A DNA stretch of 64,000 nt from Armatimonadota bacterium (GTDB lineage: Bacteria > Armatimonadota > SYMT01): NCBI GenBank assembly GCA_041690135.1, contig JAWLHY010000001.1:512001-576000 (forward strand). The letters are read 5' to 3'. A program made the translations under genes and the position numbers. The notes under the pieces are model-generated. The model did no database searches. It was not told where the DNA came from and worked only from the letters and a program-made list of their open reading frames with translations. Positions within the stretch are counted from its first letter, which is position 1. Each line of letters starts with the position of its first letter. Positions 48,772 to 57,605 of the stretch are shown here, one piece after another.

Positions 48772-49818
48772 ATGAGGTCGCAAAGGAGCCTGTCTAAGGG
48801 GACCACTGGGAGCCTGTCGCGGGCGTGTGACAGGAGCGGGTCGGGGCGGTCGAAGGCGGTCAGTCCATCGATTGCCTCGGTACTGAAGACCTGGATTTCG
48901 GACAATCAGGCCCAGGGGTTCAGCGCAAAGACGATCAAGGAGCGCCAGTGGTTCATTGAGCGCTTCGTCTGGTGGCTGGAGAACGAAGCGGGTGAGGAGC
49001 CGACGCTGGACAGCCTGAACGCCGTGAACGTGCGGGCCTTCCTCACCTATGTGCGCGAGCCGCATCCGACCGGACGGTGGGGCTGTGAGAAGTCCTACGC
49101 CCGCAGGGAAACGAAGCCGCTCACGGTCTTCGCCTACTTCCGGGAGCTTCGGGCTTTCTCCAACTTCTGCATTGCAGAGGGGTTCCTGGAGGACAGCCCC
49201 CTGAAGAATGTAAAGCGGCCCAAGGTGGTACAGGAGCAGGTCCGTCCTTTCACTCAGGAGCAGATTCAGGCGCTTCTGGCGGCATGCGGCGAGACCACGG
49301 CTCCCGAGCGCAATCGGGCCATCATCCTGATGCTGTTGGACACGGGGCTGCGGGTCTCGGAACTCTGCTCTCTCCGCAGGGCCGACGTAAAGGCGAACAC
49401 GACCGAGATCACCGTCATTGGGAAAGGCGGGAAGGAGCGAAGCGTCTACCTCGGCAAGACGGCGCGGCGGGCGTTACGGCTCTACCTCGTCAAGACAGGC
49501 CGGGTGGAAGACGACCAGCCGCTCTTCCTGGCGGAGGGTGGCTACGGGCGCGAAGGCTTGACCCCCCAGGGCATCCGTTTTCTCATGAAGGACCTGCAAG
49601 GCAAATCGGGGGTTGAAGGGGTAAGGGTTAGCCCGCACACCCTCCGCCACTCCTTCGCGATCTCCTTCCTGCGGGCAGGGGGCAACCTGTTCGAGCTTCA
49701 GCGATTGATGGGACACTCCGACTTGGCGGTACTGCGGAAGTATGTCGCCCTCTCCCAGTCGGACCTGGCGAAGGCCCACCGCCAGGCATCGCCCGCCGAC
49801 ACGTTGAAGCTTCGGTAG
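48772..49818 (+). CDS. tyrosine recombinase/integrase
   Basis: DTGLRVSEL, GKGGKER, HTLRHSF, LMGH, KYV; no obvious IntI-specific insertion. Confidence 0.93.
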   Translation: MRSQRSLSKGTTGSLSRACDRSGSGRSKAVSPSIASVLKTWISDNQAQGFSAKTIKERQWFIERFVWWLENEAGEEPTLDSLNAVNVRAFLTYVREPHPTGRWGCEKSYARRETKPLTVFAYFRELRAFSNFCIAEGFLEDSPLKNVKRPKVVQEQVRPFTQEQIQALLAACGETTAPERNRAIILMLLDTGLRVSELCSLRRADVKANTTEITVIGKGGKERSVYLGKTARRALRLYLVKTGRVEDDQPLFLAEGGYGREGLTPQGIRFLMKDLQGKSGVEGVRVSPHTLRHSFAISFLRAGGNLFELQRLMGHSDLAVLRKYVALSQSDLAKAHRQASPADTLKLR

Positions 49819-49861
49819 CGGCGCAGCACCAGCAAACAGGCGCAGGCACGGGGGCCGCCGA

Positions 49862-50320
49862 TCAGGTGTCCCCTGTGCCGCCCGCTGACTGACGTTTGAG
49901 CGTTCTCTTCTTCAGACGCGCCTGCGCCTCTCTTTGTCGGCAGCACGCCTTACAGACACGCCTGCCGTCCTTCCGGATGCGAGTGTTTGCGTCATCAAAC
50001 GGATGGTCGCGCTTACATCTCTGTTTGCGTGCGTTGATCGCGCTTGGCCCCTCACTTCGGAGAGTGTTCACCCGCTGGGTAACCGGCTCTAGGTGGGCGG
50101 GGTTTACGCACAGGCGGTTACGGCACGTATGATCCAGTTGGAGACTGGCCTTCAAATAGCCACCGATGGCATCCTCGTAGACCACCCTATGCGCGGAAAG
50201 AAAGGCATGCCCATGCATCACCAGGCCGTATCCATCTCGCTGGCGCTTCCCCGTCCAAATCCAGCAGCCGGTCTCACTCTCCTGGATGGGGTATCGTCTC
50301 TGCGCTTCTGCTAGTATCAT
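49862..50320 (-). CDS. phage-type HNH endonuclease
   Basis: GCWIWTG, AHRVVYE, LDHTCRNRLCVNPAHLEPVT..VN. Confidence 0.88.
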   Translation of the reverse strand: MILAEAQRRYPIQESETGCWIWTGKRQRDGYGLVMHGHAFLSAHRVVYEDAIGGYLKASLQLDHTCRNRLCVNPAHLEPVTQRVNTLRSEGPSAINARKQRCKRDHPFDDANTRIRKDGRRVCKACCRQREAQARLKKRTLKRQSAGGTGDT

Positions 50321-50564
50321 GCTGCACCTCTCACGGTTTCTCAGGTTCACCACTGTCGGTCGCGTGAGCATCCCTCGTCTCCGCACCTTCTACTCTTGAT
50401 GTGGTGCGCAAGGTGGAGAATCCGCACAGCACTGGGTTGGCGATGGGCAGGTTTTTCGTGGAAGTGCTGATCTTGCCTCACCTGGCAAGCCGCTCTGGAA
50501 CGACAAACCGTTACACCCTAAGTTAAAACCCCTCCTCACCAGAGTAGCGTCGCATCGGCCCAGA

Positions 50565-52736
50565 CTACTCCTCGGCCTCCTCATCCTGCATCACGTAGAC
50601 CCTTCTTCGCTCTTCAAGCAGACGGCCAAACGGCATCTTCTTAAGCTCCCTCCCAGCCCGGTACTGATCCGGCTCACTGTTCCACGCAGCCCCTGCCTTC
50701 CGGTAGAGCAGCAGGTAGAGACACCCATCCCCCTGCGTGATCCGCTCGACCACCTCCTTGACTCGCATATGGTTGGTTTTCTTCCCCTCAGGCCAGCGAT
50801 CATTAATGGACTCCGCAAGGTCGCGGAAGCTCACCTCCGCAGTTCCGGTCGGAGAGTCCCGCAGCGCAATCAGGAGCAGAAGCACCGTGTGAAGAGTGAC
50901 CTCGGGACTCCACCTGGCCTTGGGCTGAAGACGGCGTAGCTCTTGAACCGTCTGCCCGGCAATGGCGACCACTTCGCCCGTGATCTCCCCCGTGATCTTC
51001 TGGCGGGGACGTGGCGTCCCTCGTCGGTAGGGCATGAAGTCCTTGTACCAGAAGGTGTCCCAGTAGGAATGAATGGACGCGATGCGGGCCTCTCGATCCG
51101 CCTCACTTCTGGCGTCCGTTCGGATGGCAAGCTCCACCAGCTTCTCAACGGCTCCCTCCTTGCCAAACAGGATCACAGCGGCCAAGATGCCGCCCTTCCC
51201 CTCCATGCTGATCCACTCGTGGAAACCACCTGGTTGGAAGCCTTCCGTCCAAAGTCGCCTCGCTCGTGCTGGGGTCCAATCGGCGAGGGACCTTCGTCGC
51301 TCATCTCCCAGTTCAAACTCTGGCGTCGCCTCTGCTTCATCCTCTGCTTCGGCCTCGGGAAGCCGTGAGGCGACTTCTTCGTTGTGGAAGTCCGGGCTGT
51401 CCTGATCCTCATCCGTAGCCTCGCTGGCTATCGCCACAGCCGCAGGTGTAGCATATCGGGCCAGTCGAGCCGCACGGGCGATATTCTTGTCCCTCACCCA
51501 GCCCAGAACTTCAAGGGAGCGTCGTACGAGGGCGTTGTCGGGCAGGGCGGCACAGATGGCGGCGACCTGCTCCCGCTTGAGCACCGCACCGATACTCCAG
51601 TCAACATGCTCAACATGCTCAACATACTCGGCGATCTCCGCCGCTGCCTGGTCGAATTGCTGCACGTCCCACTGCTCGGGGAAGGCACCTGGGCCAAAAC
51701 GGAAGCCGTCCACCATCATCCGCGCCTGCTCATTCACAGGGAACAGGCGCTCGTTGTCAATATCGATCCACAGGCCAAGGCTCTCCGTGTAGGAATGCCT
51801 GCCGCCAGGGAAGCGCATCACTGGCACGTGGAGATTGTTGGCGTCAATCTTGAGCGTCTTGTTGAAAGGTCGCTCTTCCAAGGCGGCGAGATAGCTCTCC
51901 AGGAGAAAGCTTGCTACCGAGGGGAAAACAGGGACTGGGTATGGGAGCACTGCCTGGAAGCCGCGTTTGCCTGTCCGAAAGGCATGGTACGGCAACCCCA
52001 TCGATGCAGCTATCCGACGCTCCGACCATAGCTCTGCGATTATTGGAAGTGGGTTGTGTCTCTTCCACGGCGCATCCTGGTCTACATCGATCCGTAGGCA
52101 GGCAACCTTGTAGAACCTCGGAACACTGGCTCCGCTGTGCGGGTCGCTTTCCCACTTCTTGCGTGGCAGGTCGGTGGTCCCGACCGCGTTCGTCCATCCG
52201 GCAAAGTGCTTTACAAGATCCAGCAGAGCAAGTGCCCGTCCCGGGCGGAATCGGTCAATCTCCACCTCCCGCTTCTCGGTGGATACGTCATCGTCCCCCG
52301 TTATCTCCACGGGCACAAACACCGTCTTCTTCCGGGTTCCACAGCGAATCAGCTTACCTTTCTCTTCCAACGGCCACTTGCCGGAATCCGCCTGCTTGCC
52401 CCAAAGCTCCCGTTGCGGTATCAACTCAAGGACTCGCTCAGCCAGGGCAGTGGTCTTTGGAAGGTAATGCCGCACGAAGCGCACAGTGAGCTTTTCCCTG
52501 GTCATCCTCGCGGCCTCGCACGCCGCAAATGCTTCCGGCTCCAGGTAGAACGCGAACGGGCGGGAGTGAACGTCGAACAGGTCGGTTCGGAACTGGCGCT
52601 GCCACTCTTCTTCTTCCGCTTCGGAGCGATAAGGCTCGGGGACCTCAAGCGGAGGGCGTACCTCCGCTTGAGCCACCAACGGGATGCTGAATATGTCCCA
52701 GGAGGGATCGATGTCCCACCAATCTTCCATAGTCAT
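50565..52736 (-). CDS. putative AEP primase-like replication protein with C-terminal HTH
   Basis: IDVD, RTGKRGFQAV, MRFPGG motifs; C-terminal VSFRDLAE helix. Confidence 0.6.
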   Translation of the reverse strand: MTMEDWWDIDPSWDIFSIPLVAQAEVRPPLEVPEPYRSEAEEEEWQRQFRTDLFDVHSRPFAFYLEPEAFAACEAARMTREKLTVRFVRHYLPKTTALAERVLELIPQRELWGKQADSGKWPLEEKGKLIRCGTRKKTVFVPVEITGDDDVSTEKREVEIDRFRPGRALALLDLVKHFAGWTNAVGTTDLPRKKWESDPHSGASVPRFYKVACLRIDVDQDAPWKRHNPLPIIAELWSERRIAASMGLPYHAFRTGKRGFQAVLPYPVPVFPSVASFLLESYLAALEERPFNKTLKIDANNLHVPVMRFPGGRHSYTESLGLWIDIDNERLFPVNEQARMMVDGFRFGPGAFPEQWDVQQFDQAAAEIAEYVEHVEHVDWSIGAVLKREQVAAICAALPDNALVRRSLEVLGWVRDKNIARAARLARYATPAAVAIASEATDEDQDSPDFHNEEVASRLPEAEAEDEAEATPEFELGDERRRSLADWTPARARRLWTEGFQPGGFHEWISMEGKGGILAAVILFGKEGAVEKLVELAIRTDARSEADREARIASIHSYWDTFWYKDFMPYRRGTPRPRQKITGEITGEVVAIAGQTVQELRRLQPKARWSPEVTLHTVLLLLIALRDSPTGTAEVSFRDLAESINDRWPEGKKTNHMRVKEVVERITQGDGCLYLLLYRKAGAAWNSEPDQYRAGRELKKMPFGRLLEERRRVYVMQDEEAEE

Positions 52737-52741
52737 TACCT

Positions 52742-52784
52742 AAAAGAACGGCCCACCGAGGTGGTAGGCTCGGTGGGCCGTTCT
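52742..52784 (-). terminator. intrinsic terminator directly upstream of rep
   Basis: 16-bp perfect stem agaacggcccaccgag/ctcggtgggccgttct with T-run on minus strand. Confidence 0.7.
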
Positions 52785-53027
52785 GTCGCTGGCCGTGCTC
52801 CACGCGAAAGCCTGACGCGCACCCTGCTACCACTCCACGGCCCTCTCTCATCGGCTGGCGGCCCGACGATTTGAGATACGTGCATTACAGCGGCTAGCAG
52901 TCGCCGTAATCATCCGTGCGTCCTCTGAAGTGAAGCCGCCACTTCAGGACCTTGCCGGGACTGCTACAACTTCTTCACGCAGGATGCGCGTTTGCGGTCG
53001 CAAACGCGCATCCCTGGACTCCAAGCA

Positions 53028-53297
53028 TCAGCCCCGCTCCCACTCATCCAGCGGAAGACATCGGCCATCTTCACCTACGCGGAAGTCTCGCCCGAGATGC
53101 GCCACGACATCGAAACGGGTCGTGGCGCGGGCATAACGCACGTTTTGGACCGTGTAGGTCTCGATGGCCGCCTGCCGCTCCTTCTTCGTCTTGTAGGCGC
53201 GGAAGTGATAGTTATGAGGCCGTGGACGCTTGGGGTCGGCCCAGTCGCTCGGGTCCGACCAGTCATGGACGTGGATCGCATAGAAGAACATCAGCAT
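53028..53297 (-). CDS. small hypothetical protein
   Basis: AAGGAGG RBS. Confidence 0.6.
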   Translation of the reverse strand: MLMFFYAIHVHDWSDPSDWADPKRPRPHNYHFRAYKTKKERQAAIETYTVQNVRYARATTRFDVVAHLGRDFRVGEDGRCLPLDEWERG

Positions 53298-53679
53298 TCC
53301 TCCTTTCTTCGTGCCGGGACGGGTGTCGCGACTGTGATGCTGCCCCAGTCGCGGCGAATCATCATGTGTTCACCTTCCGCTGACATCTGATCTGCCAAGG
53401 TGAAGGTGTGGAGGGGAGTCGCATTCAGGCTGAACGTTTTCTCACCGCCACCTTCACGCACTGCTTCCTGGATGACGCGCATCGCTCGACTCCGCCATAC
53501 ACTCTTCGTGGGGCCTGTCGGCCCAGGTCTTCTGCCCACGGTTGCTCTCCTTGTCGTCGCTAAGTGGAGCGCTGTCTGTACCGCGCTCACTCGCAATAGC
53601 AGCGGCAAGCAGCAAGTTGAGTAAAAGCCCCGCGAGTTGGGCCGCAGAATCTGACTACGGCCCGAACCGCGTGCCTGCA

Positions 53680-54054
53680 TCAGTCCCCTGAGTTCTCGCC
53701 GTGAAGATCGAGGCCCAGCATCTCTAGCTGGGCCTTGGCCTGGGGCGAGAACGCCAACGCTGCAATGACAGGCGTGTCACCGAAGCCGAGTCGCTCGCCC
53801 GCATCCGAGTCGAGCATCACGAAGTCCGCGCCGAGCTGCTCCTTGATAAGCTCCTCCAGGTCCTCTCGCGTGACTCCGAGGACGCCGACTCCCCGCAGCC
53901 AGATGTGAACCGGGACGCTATCCGGATTCCACTCCGTTATGTACGCCCCGCCATCATCGGGTATGCACTGAAGCACCTCGTGAGGGATGCTCTCCCAGCC
54001 GAAGAGCGAGGCGCGTCTGTTCAGCCGGGCTATCTGTTTCTTGGTCACCCACAT
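53680..54054 (-). CDS. hypothetical protein
   Basis: AGGAG RBS, 124 aa. Confidence 0.6.
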   Translation of the reverse strand: MWVTKKQIARLNRRASLFGWESIPHEVLQCIPDDGGAYITEWNPDSVPVHIWLRGVGVLGVTREDLEELIKEQLGADFVMLDSDAGERLGFGDTPVIAALAFSPQAKAQLEMLGLDLHGENSGD

Positions 54055-54416
54055 GCGGTTAGTCTCCTATTGGTCGGTGAGGGGCTGTTCCCTCACGGCC
54101 AATAGCAGGGCGCTGCAGAAAATTGAGAAAAAATTCTCCGACCACACTAAGAGTTACGAGCCGCAATACCCGGATTGATCGCTCTAGTAGTTTCCAGCCC
54201 ACATTCGTTGGATCGCCCGCCGCTACGTTGATGCGACGGGAGAAGTCGAGATGCCGCGTGCTCACCTCTGCGTGAGCAACTCCCGATGTGCCCTGAAGGA
54301 AGTCGAGAAGGCGCAACCTGAGGGCAGAAGCGACCCACGGGGAACCGCAAACAAACGTTTGATTTTTTCCTCAATTTCCTTACTTGCTTCGCTATGGGTA
54401 GTGGAGGTCACTACCG

Positions 54417-54683
54417 ATGGCAGCACCAGACTACGGACAGGGCTTTGCTAAGGAACTGAACCCACGCGACGCCGAGCGCGAGGCGGAACACTGGGAGGCG
54501 CTTGACCGCGCCGAGGACTACACCCGCTACATCGAGGAGCAGGCGCACCTTGCGGCGCTGGAGATGGAAGGAGAGCTTGATCCCGATGCGGGCACCGACC
54601 CCACACCCGATAGCACCCGCCCGGATGGCCTCTACCAGGCTCCGCGTACCGTGGCTCCCTGGTGCTGGGGGCGGGGACGATGA
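54417..54683 (+). CDS. small acidic hypothetical protein
   Basis: GGAGG RBS; ATGA-coupled to next gene. Confidence 0.6.
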   Translation: MAAPDYGQGFAKELNPRDAEREAEHWEALDRAEDYTRYIEEQAHLAALEMEGELDPDAGTDPTPDSTRPDGLYQAPRTVAPWCWGRGR

Positions 54684-55279
54684 GTGCCAAACTGCTCTGG
54701 TGCCCCCAGGCGGTTATGGGAGACGAGGATCGGCTCCAGCGGGCCATCGTCGCGCTGGAGGAAGAGGCCGCTTTGCTCCGTGCGAAGCCTCGCCGCTCCC
54801 TGGCGCTCCAAGAGCGGATCGACGGCCTCGAAGCCACCATTGCCGAGTTCTATGCCCTGCTCGGTGAGCGCCACATCTCCGCCATTGAGTGGGGCACCAG
54901 TAGCCGCGTGGACCTGGCGGGGCTGGCAGCGCGGGTGTCCGCACTCGCCGAGGTGGAGTTTCTCCTGTGGCTCTCGTGCCGCACGGAACGTGAGGTGTTG
55001 GGGCATGCTGGTCTTGAGCGGGGTGTCCTGCACCACTACCTCTCCCGCACTCTGAATATCCCCCTCTCCGCCGTGATCCCCGAGCGGGAGTACGTACTCC
55101 TTGATGACGGTCGTCGCACCCTGCGGGTAGAGCTACCCTGTTGGGCGGTTGCCGTCAACGAACTCACCTCGCGGGGCATCTGCGGGCGTGCTGGCGTGCG
55201 CGTGACGGCACGGGGACTGCGCTGGCTCCTGCGGCTCCCTCGGGCAGGAGCACTCTCGGAGGTGCGCGGTGATGCGTAG
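54680..55279 (+). CDS. hypothetical protein (N-terminal coiled coil)
   Basis: Coupled within operon. Confidence 0.6.
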   Translation: MSAKLLWCPQAVMGDEDRLQRAIVALEEEAALLRAKPRRSLALQERIDGLEATIAEFYALLGERHISAIEWGTSSRVDLAGLAARVSALAEVEFLLWLSCRTEREVLGHAGLERGVLHHYLSRTLNIPLSAVIPEREYVLLDDGRRTLRVELPCWAVAVNELTSRGICGRAGVRVTARGLRWLLRLPRAGALSEVRGDA

Positions 55280-56060
55280 CTCCGAGCAGATCGAGCGTTG
55301 CGAAATCAACGGCGAGCGCTACTACAAGGTCACTCGTGCCGACCAAGAGCCGCTGGTGCTTCCATCGGTGACGACGGTCCTCGGCGTCATAGACAAGGGA
55401 CTCGCGCCCTGGGCGGCGCGGGTGGCGGTGGAGCACCTCGCCAAGAACCTACCAGTCGGCCAGGTCCTCACACCTGCGGTGCTGCGCAAAGAAGCCGCAA
55501 TCGCCCGCACTCGCTATCTTGGGATCGCTGAGGAAGCGGCCCTGGCAGGTACCCAGGCGCACGAGGCAGTCGAGCACTTCCTCTGCACGGGCAAAGTCCC
55601 CCAACTTCCGAATGCCCTGCCGGGAGTTGCCTCTTGCGTCGAGCGGTTCGCAGAGTGGTGGGCATCGCAGAAACTGACGGTGTTAGCGACGGAGTTACCC
55701 ATCTACTGGGTGGATGCCGATGGAAAGGGATTTGCGGGAACTCTCGACATCCTAGCGGAATCCGAGGACGGCACCACCGTGGTACTCGATCTCAAATCGA
55801 GCAAGACCACCGCATCTCTCGACTCTTGGCGCATGCAGGCAGCGTGCTACGCCGTGGGTGTTTCCTACCGCCTCTCCGTTCCACGGCCAAACCGGATCGT
55901 GATCGTCAATGTTCCGCGATCAGGCACAGGGGTCAAGACCTTCACGCTATCCGAACAGGAGATAGACACGCACTTCCGCCTATTCCTGCACGTGCTTCAA
56001 CTGCATTATTCGTTGCGTAGCCGCGATGGACGAGAACCGTCCAGAATTGCAGCACGATGA
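55272..56060 (+). CDS. PD-(D/E)XK phage exonuclease-like protein
   Basis: PSVTTVL, GTQAH, E.PIY, FAGTLD, DLKS, Q...YA. Confidence 0.85.
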   Translation: MRSSEQIERCEINGERYYKVTRADQEPLVLPSVTTVLGVIDKGLAPWAARVAVEHLAKNLPVGQVLTPAVLRKEAAIARTRYLGIAEEAALAGTQAHEAVEHFLCTGKVPQLPNALPGVASCVERFAEWWASQKLTVLATELPIYWVDADGKGFAGTLDILAESEDGTTVVLDLKSSKTTASLDSWRMQAACYAVGVSYRLSVPRPNRIVIVNVPRSGTGVKTFTLSEQEIDTHFRLFLHVLQLHYSLRSRDGREPSRIAAR

Positions 56061-56139
56061 TGCAGGTTGGGCCTGCTGTAACCCAGAAGGCCACAATATC
56101 GGCCAATTCTGGCCGGGTATTGCAAACCGAGGAAGATCA

Positions 56140-56367
56140 ATGGAAGCAGATGGCATATTTGCCCAACGAATGGAAAACGCTCAACCAGGGCGACTACTGG
56201 TGGGGCACTGCGATGACGCGAGCATCGTCATCGGATTGGTTGGGGACGCGAGGACCCTGATTCGTCTGGAGATTGAGGAAGCGTCCCGACTCTCACGCGA
56301 TCTGGGGAAGCTCATCCGCTCCCTGAAGCGTTCGCAACGCCGCCAGGTGCAGGGAGGCGAGCGATGA
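56140..56367 (+). CDS. small hypothetical protein
   Basis: ATGA-coupled to 56364; start uncertain. Confidence 0.4.
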   Translation: MEADGIFAQRMENAQPGRLLVGHCDDASIVIGLVGDARTLIRLEIEEASRLSRDLGKLIRSLKRSQRRQVQGGER

Positions 56368-56711
56368 GCTATCAGGTGAAGAATTACCGTTTACGTCGTG
56401 ACGCGGATCGCTGGGATGCGGAGGTGGTGGCACGATTTGATTGTGCCATCCAGATTGGCGAGGAGCCGTTCACCGACGATCTTGTCCTGCGCGAGATGGA
56501 GCTTACCGAGCGCAATCCGGGAATCTTTCGGGTTGCGTCTCCCGCCACGGAAGGAGGTCCTGACGCCTTCTCCCTGCCCAGTCACTGGGAAGCAGCCATC
56601 CGGGAGATGGCGGTAGCGAAACACCAGCGGACGCGACTGTTCATACCGGGTGCCATTCCGGGAGGCGCTGCGGGCTGCTCTGCCCCCTGCTGGGCCGAGA
56701 ACGGCGAATGA
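56364..56711 (+). CDS. SpoVG-like putative nucleic-acid-binding protein
   Basis: VVARFD..LVLREMEL..GIFRVASP pattern; GGAGG RBS. Confidence 0.5.
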   Translation: MSYQVKNYRLRRDADRWDAEVVARFDCAIQIGEEPFTDDLVLREMELTERNPGIFRVASPATEGGPDAFSLPSHWEAAIREMAVAKHQRTRLFIPGAIPGGAAGCSAPCWAENGE

Positions 56712-57088
56712 TGGTTGGGTTGCGCCTGCTGGCGTTCAGGTGCGTCACGCTTACTTCTGGTGACGAGACGGATGGTGAGGCGGGGGGTGTTGTGGCCCGC
56801 TTCACCGCCGAGTTTGACGTGGACGGCGCTGGAGTTTGGGTCCTACCAGGTTGGACACTGGTTCGGATCGGACCCGAGCGTTACAGCCTGGGTGCTCCCG
56901 AAGTTTGTGGGCCGGATCAGCAACGGGAGCCGGTTGTCGTGCCCGGTTCGTGGGAGATGCGTCTGCTGGCACGGGCCATCTGGCGTTACAAGGCGGAGAT
57001 GGACCCCCAGGCGGTCGAGCACCTCTCAGCCGCTCTCCGCGCCGATCTCGGCCTAGCGCCGTCCCGCAGTACACAGGCGAGGTGCTGA
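56708..57088 (+). CDS. second SpoVG-like protein
   Basis: VVARFT..VLPGWTLV..YSLGAP; paralogous pattern, ATGA-coupled. Confidence 0.5.
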   Translation: MMVGLRLLAFRCVTLTSGDETDGEAGGVVARFTAEFDVDGAGVWVLPGWTLVRIGPERYSLGAPEVCGPDQQREPVVVPGSWEMRLLARAIWRYKAEMDPQAVEHLSAALRADLGLAPSRSTQARC

Positions 57089-57605
57089 TTGAGTTCCGCT
57101 GCCTGGAAGAACCTTTTCAAGGACTTCCGCCCCTGCACACCCGAAGAAGACGCGACGCTGGCGGAACTCTACTCCGTGCCTGCCGAGAGAACGTCCGCTT
57201 ATTATAGCGAGGTTGAAGCCTGCTGTCTGCCAGGCAGGCATCCGCGAGGAGTTGGGCGATCTGCCCTATCTCGTGCGGGAGAGCCTGGCGTCCTTAGCCG
57301 AGTGCATTTCCGAAAATGATGAGCCTACCGAGATCCTTGCGCATTTCGCGGAATCACTGCGCCTACCTGGCAGGCGTAGCTTGCTCCTTTCGCCGCTCTA
57401 TGTAGCTTCGCAGGAGTGGAGCAGACCACACAAGAGCTTCACCGCCACCCCGCCAATGCCAACACGGCTAAAGGTGTAGCATCCACAGAAGAGGGGGATG
57501 GGAGTTATCCACACCCCCTCTTTGCCATTTAAGATTGAGCAGGATAGTACAGATCCGCTGGCGAACATTCCCTGCGCGAGGGCTGCAGTAACGCAGGAGT
57601 GTTGT

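Noticed and set aside
48772-49818. This recombinase as the integron integrase
   Set aside because: 14 kb from the arrays, tRNA-adjacent, and no visible IntI-specific insertion before HxxR
55272-56060. Cas4 call
   Set aside because: Lacks the Fe-S cysteine set and any CRISPR context
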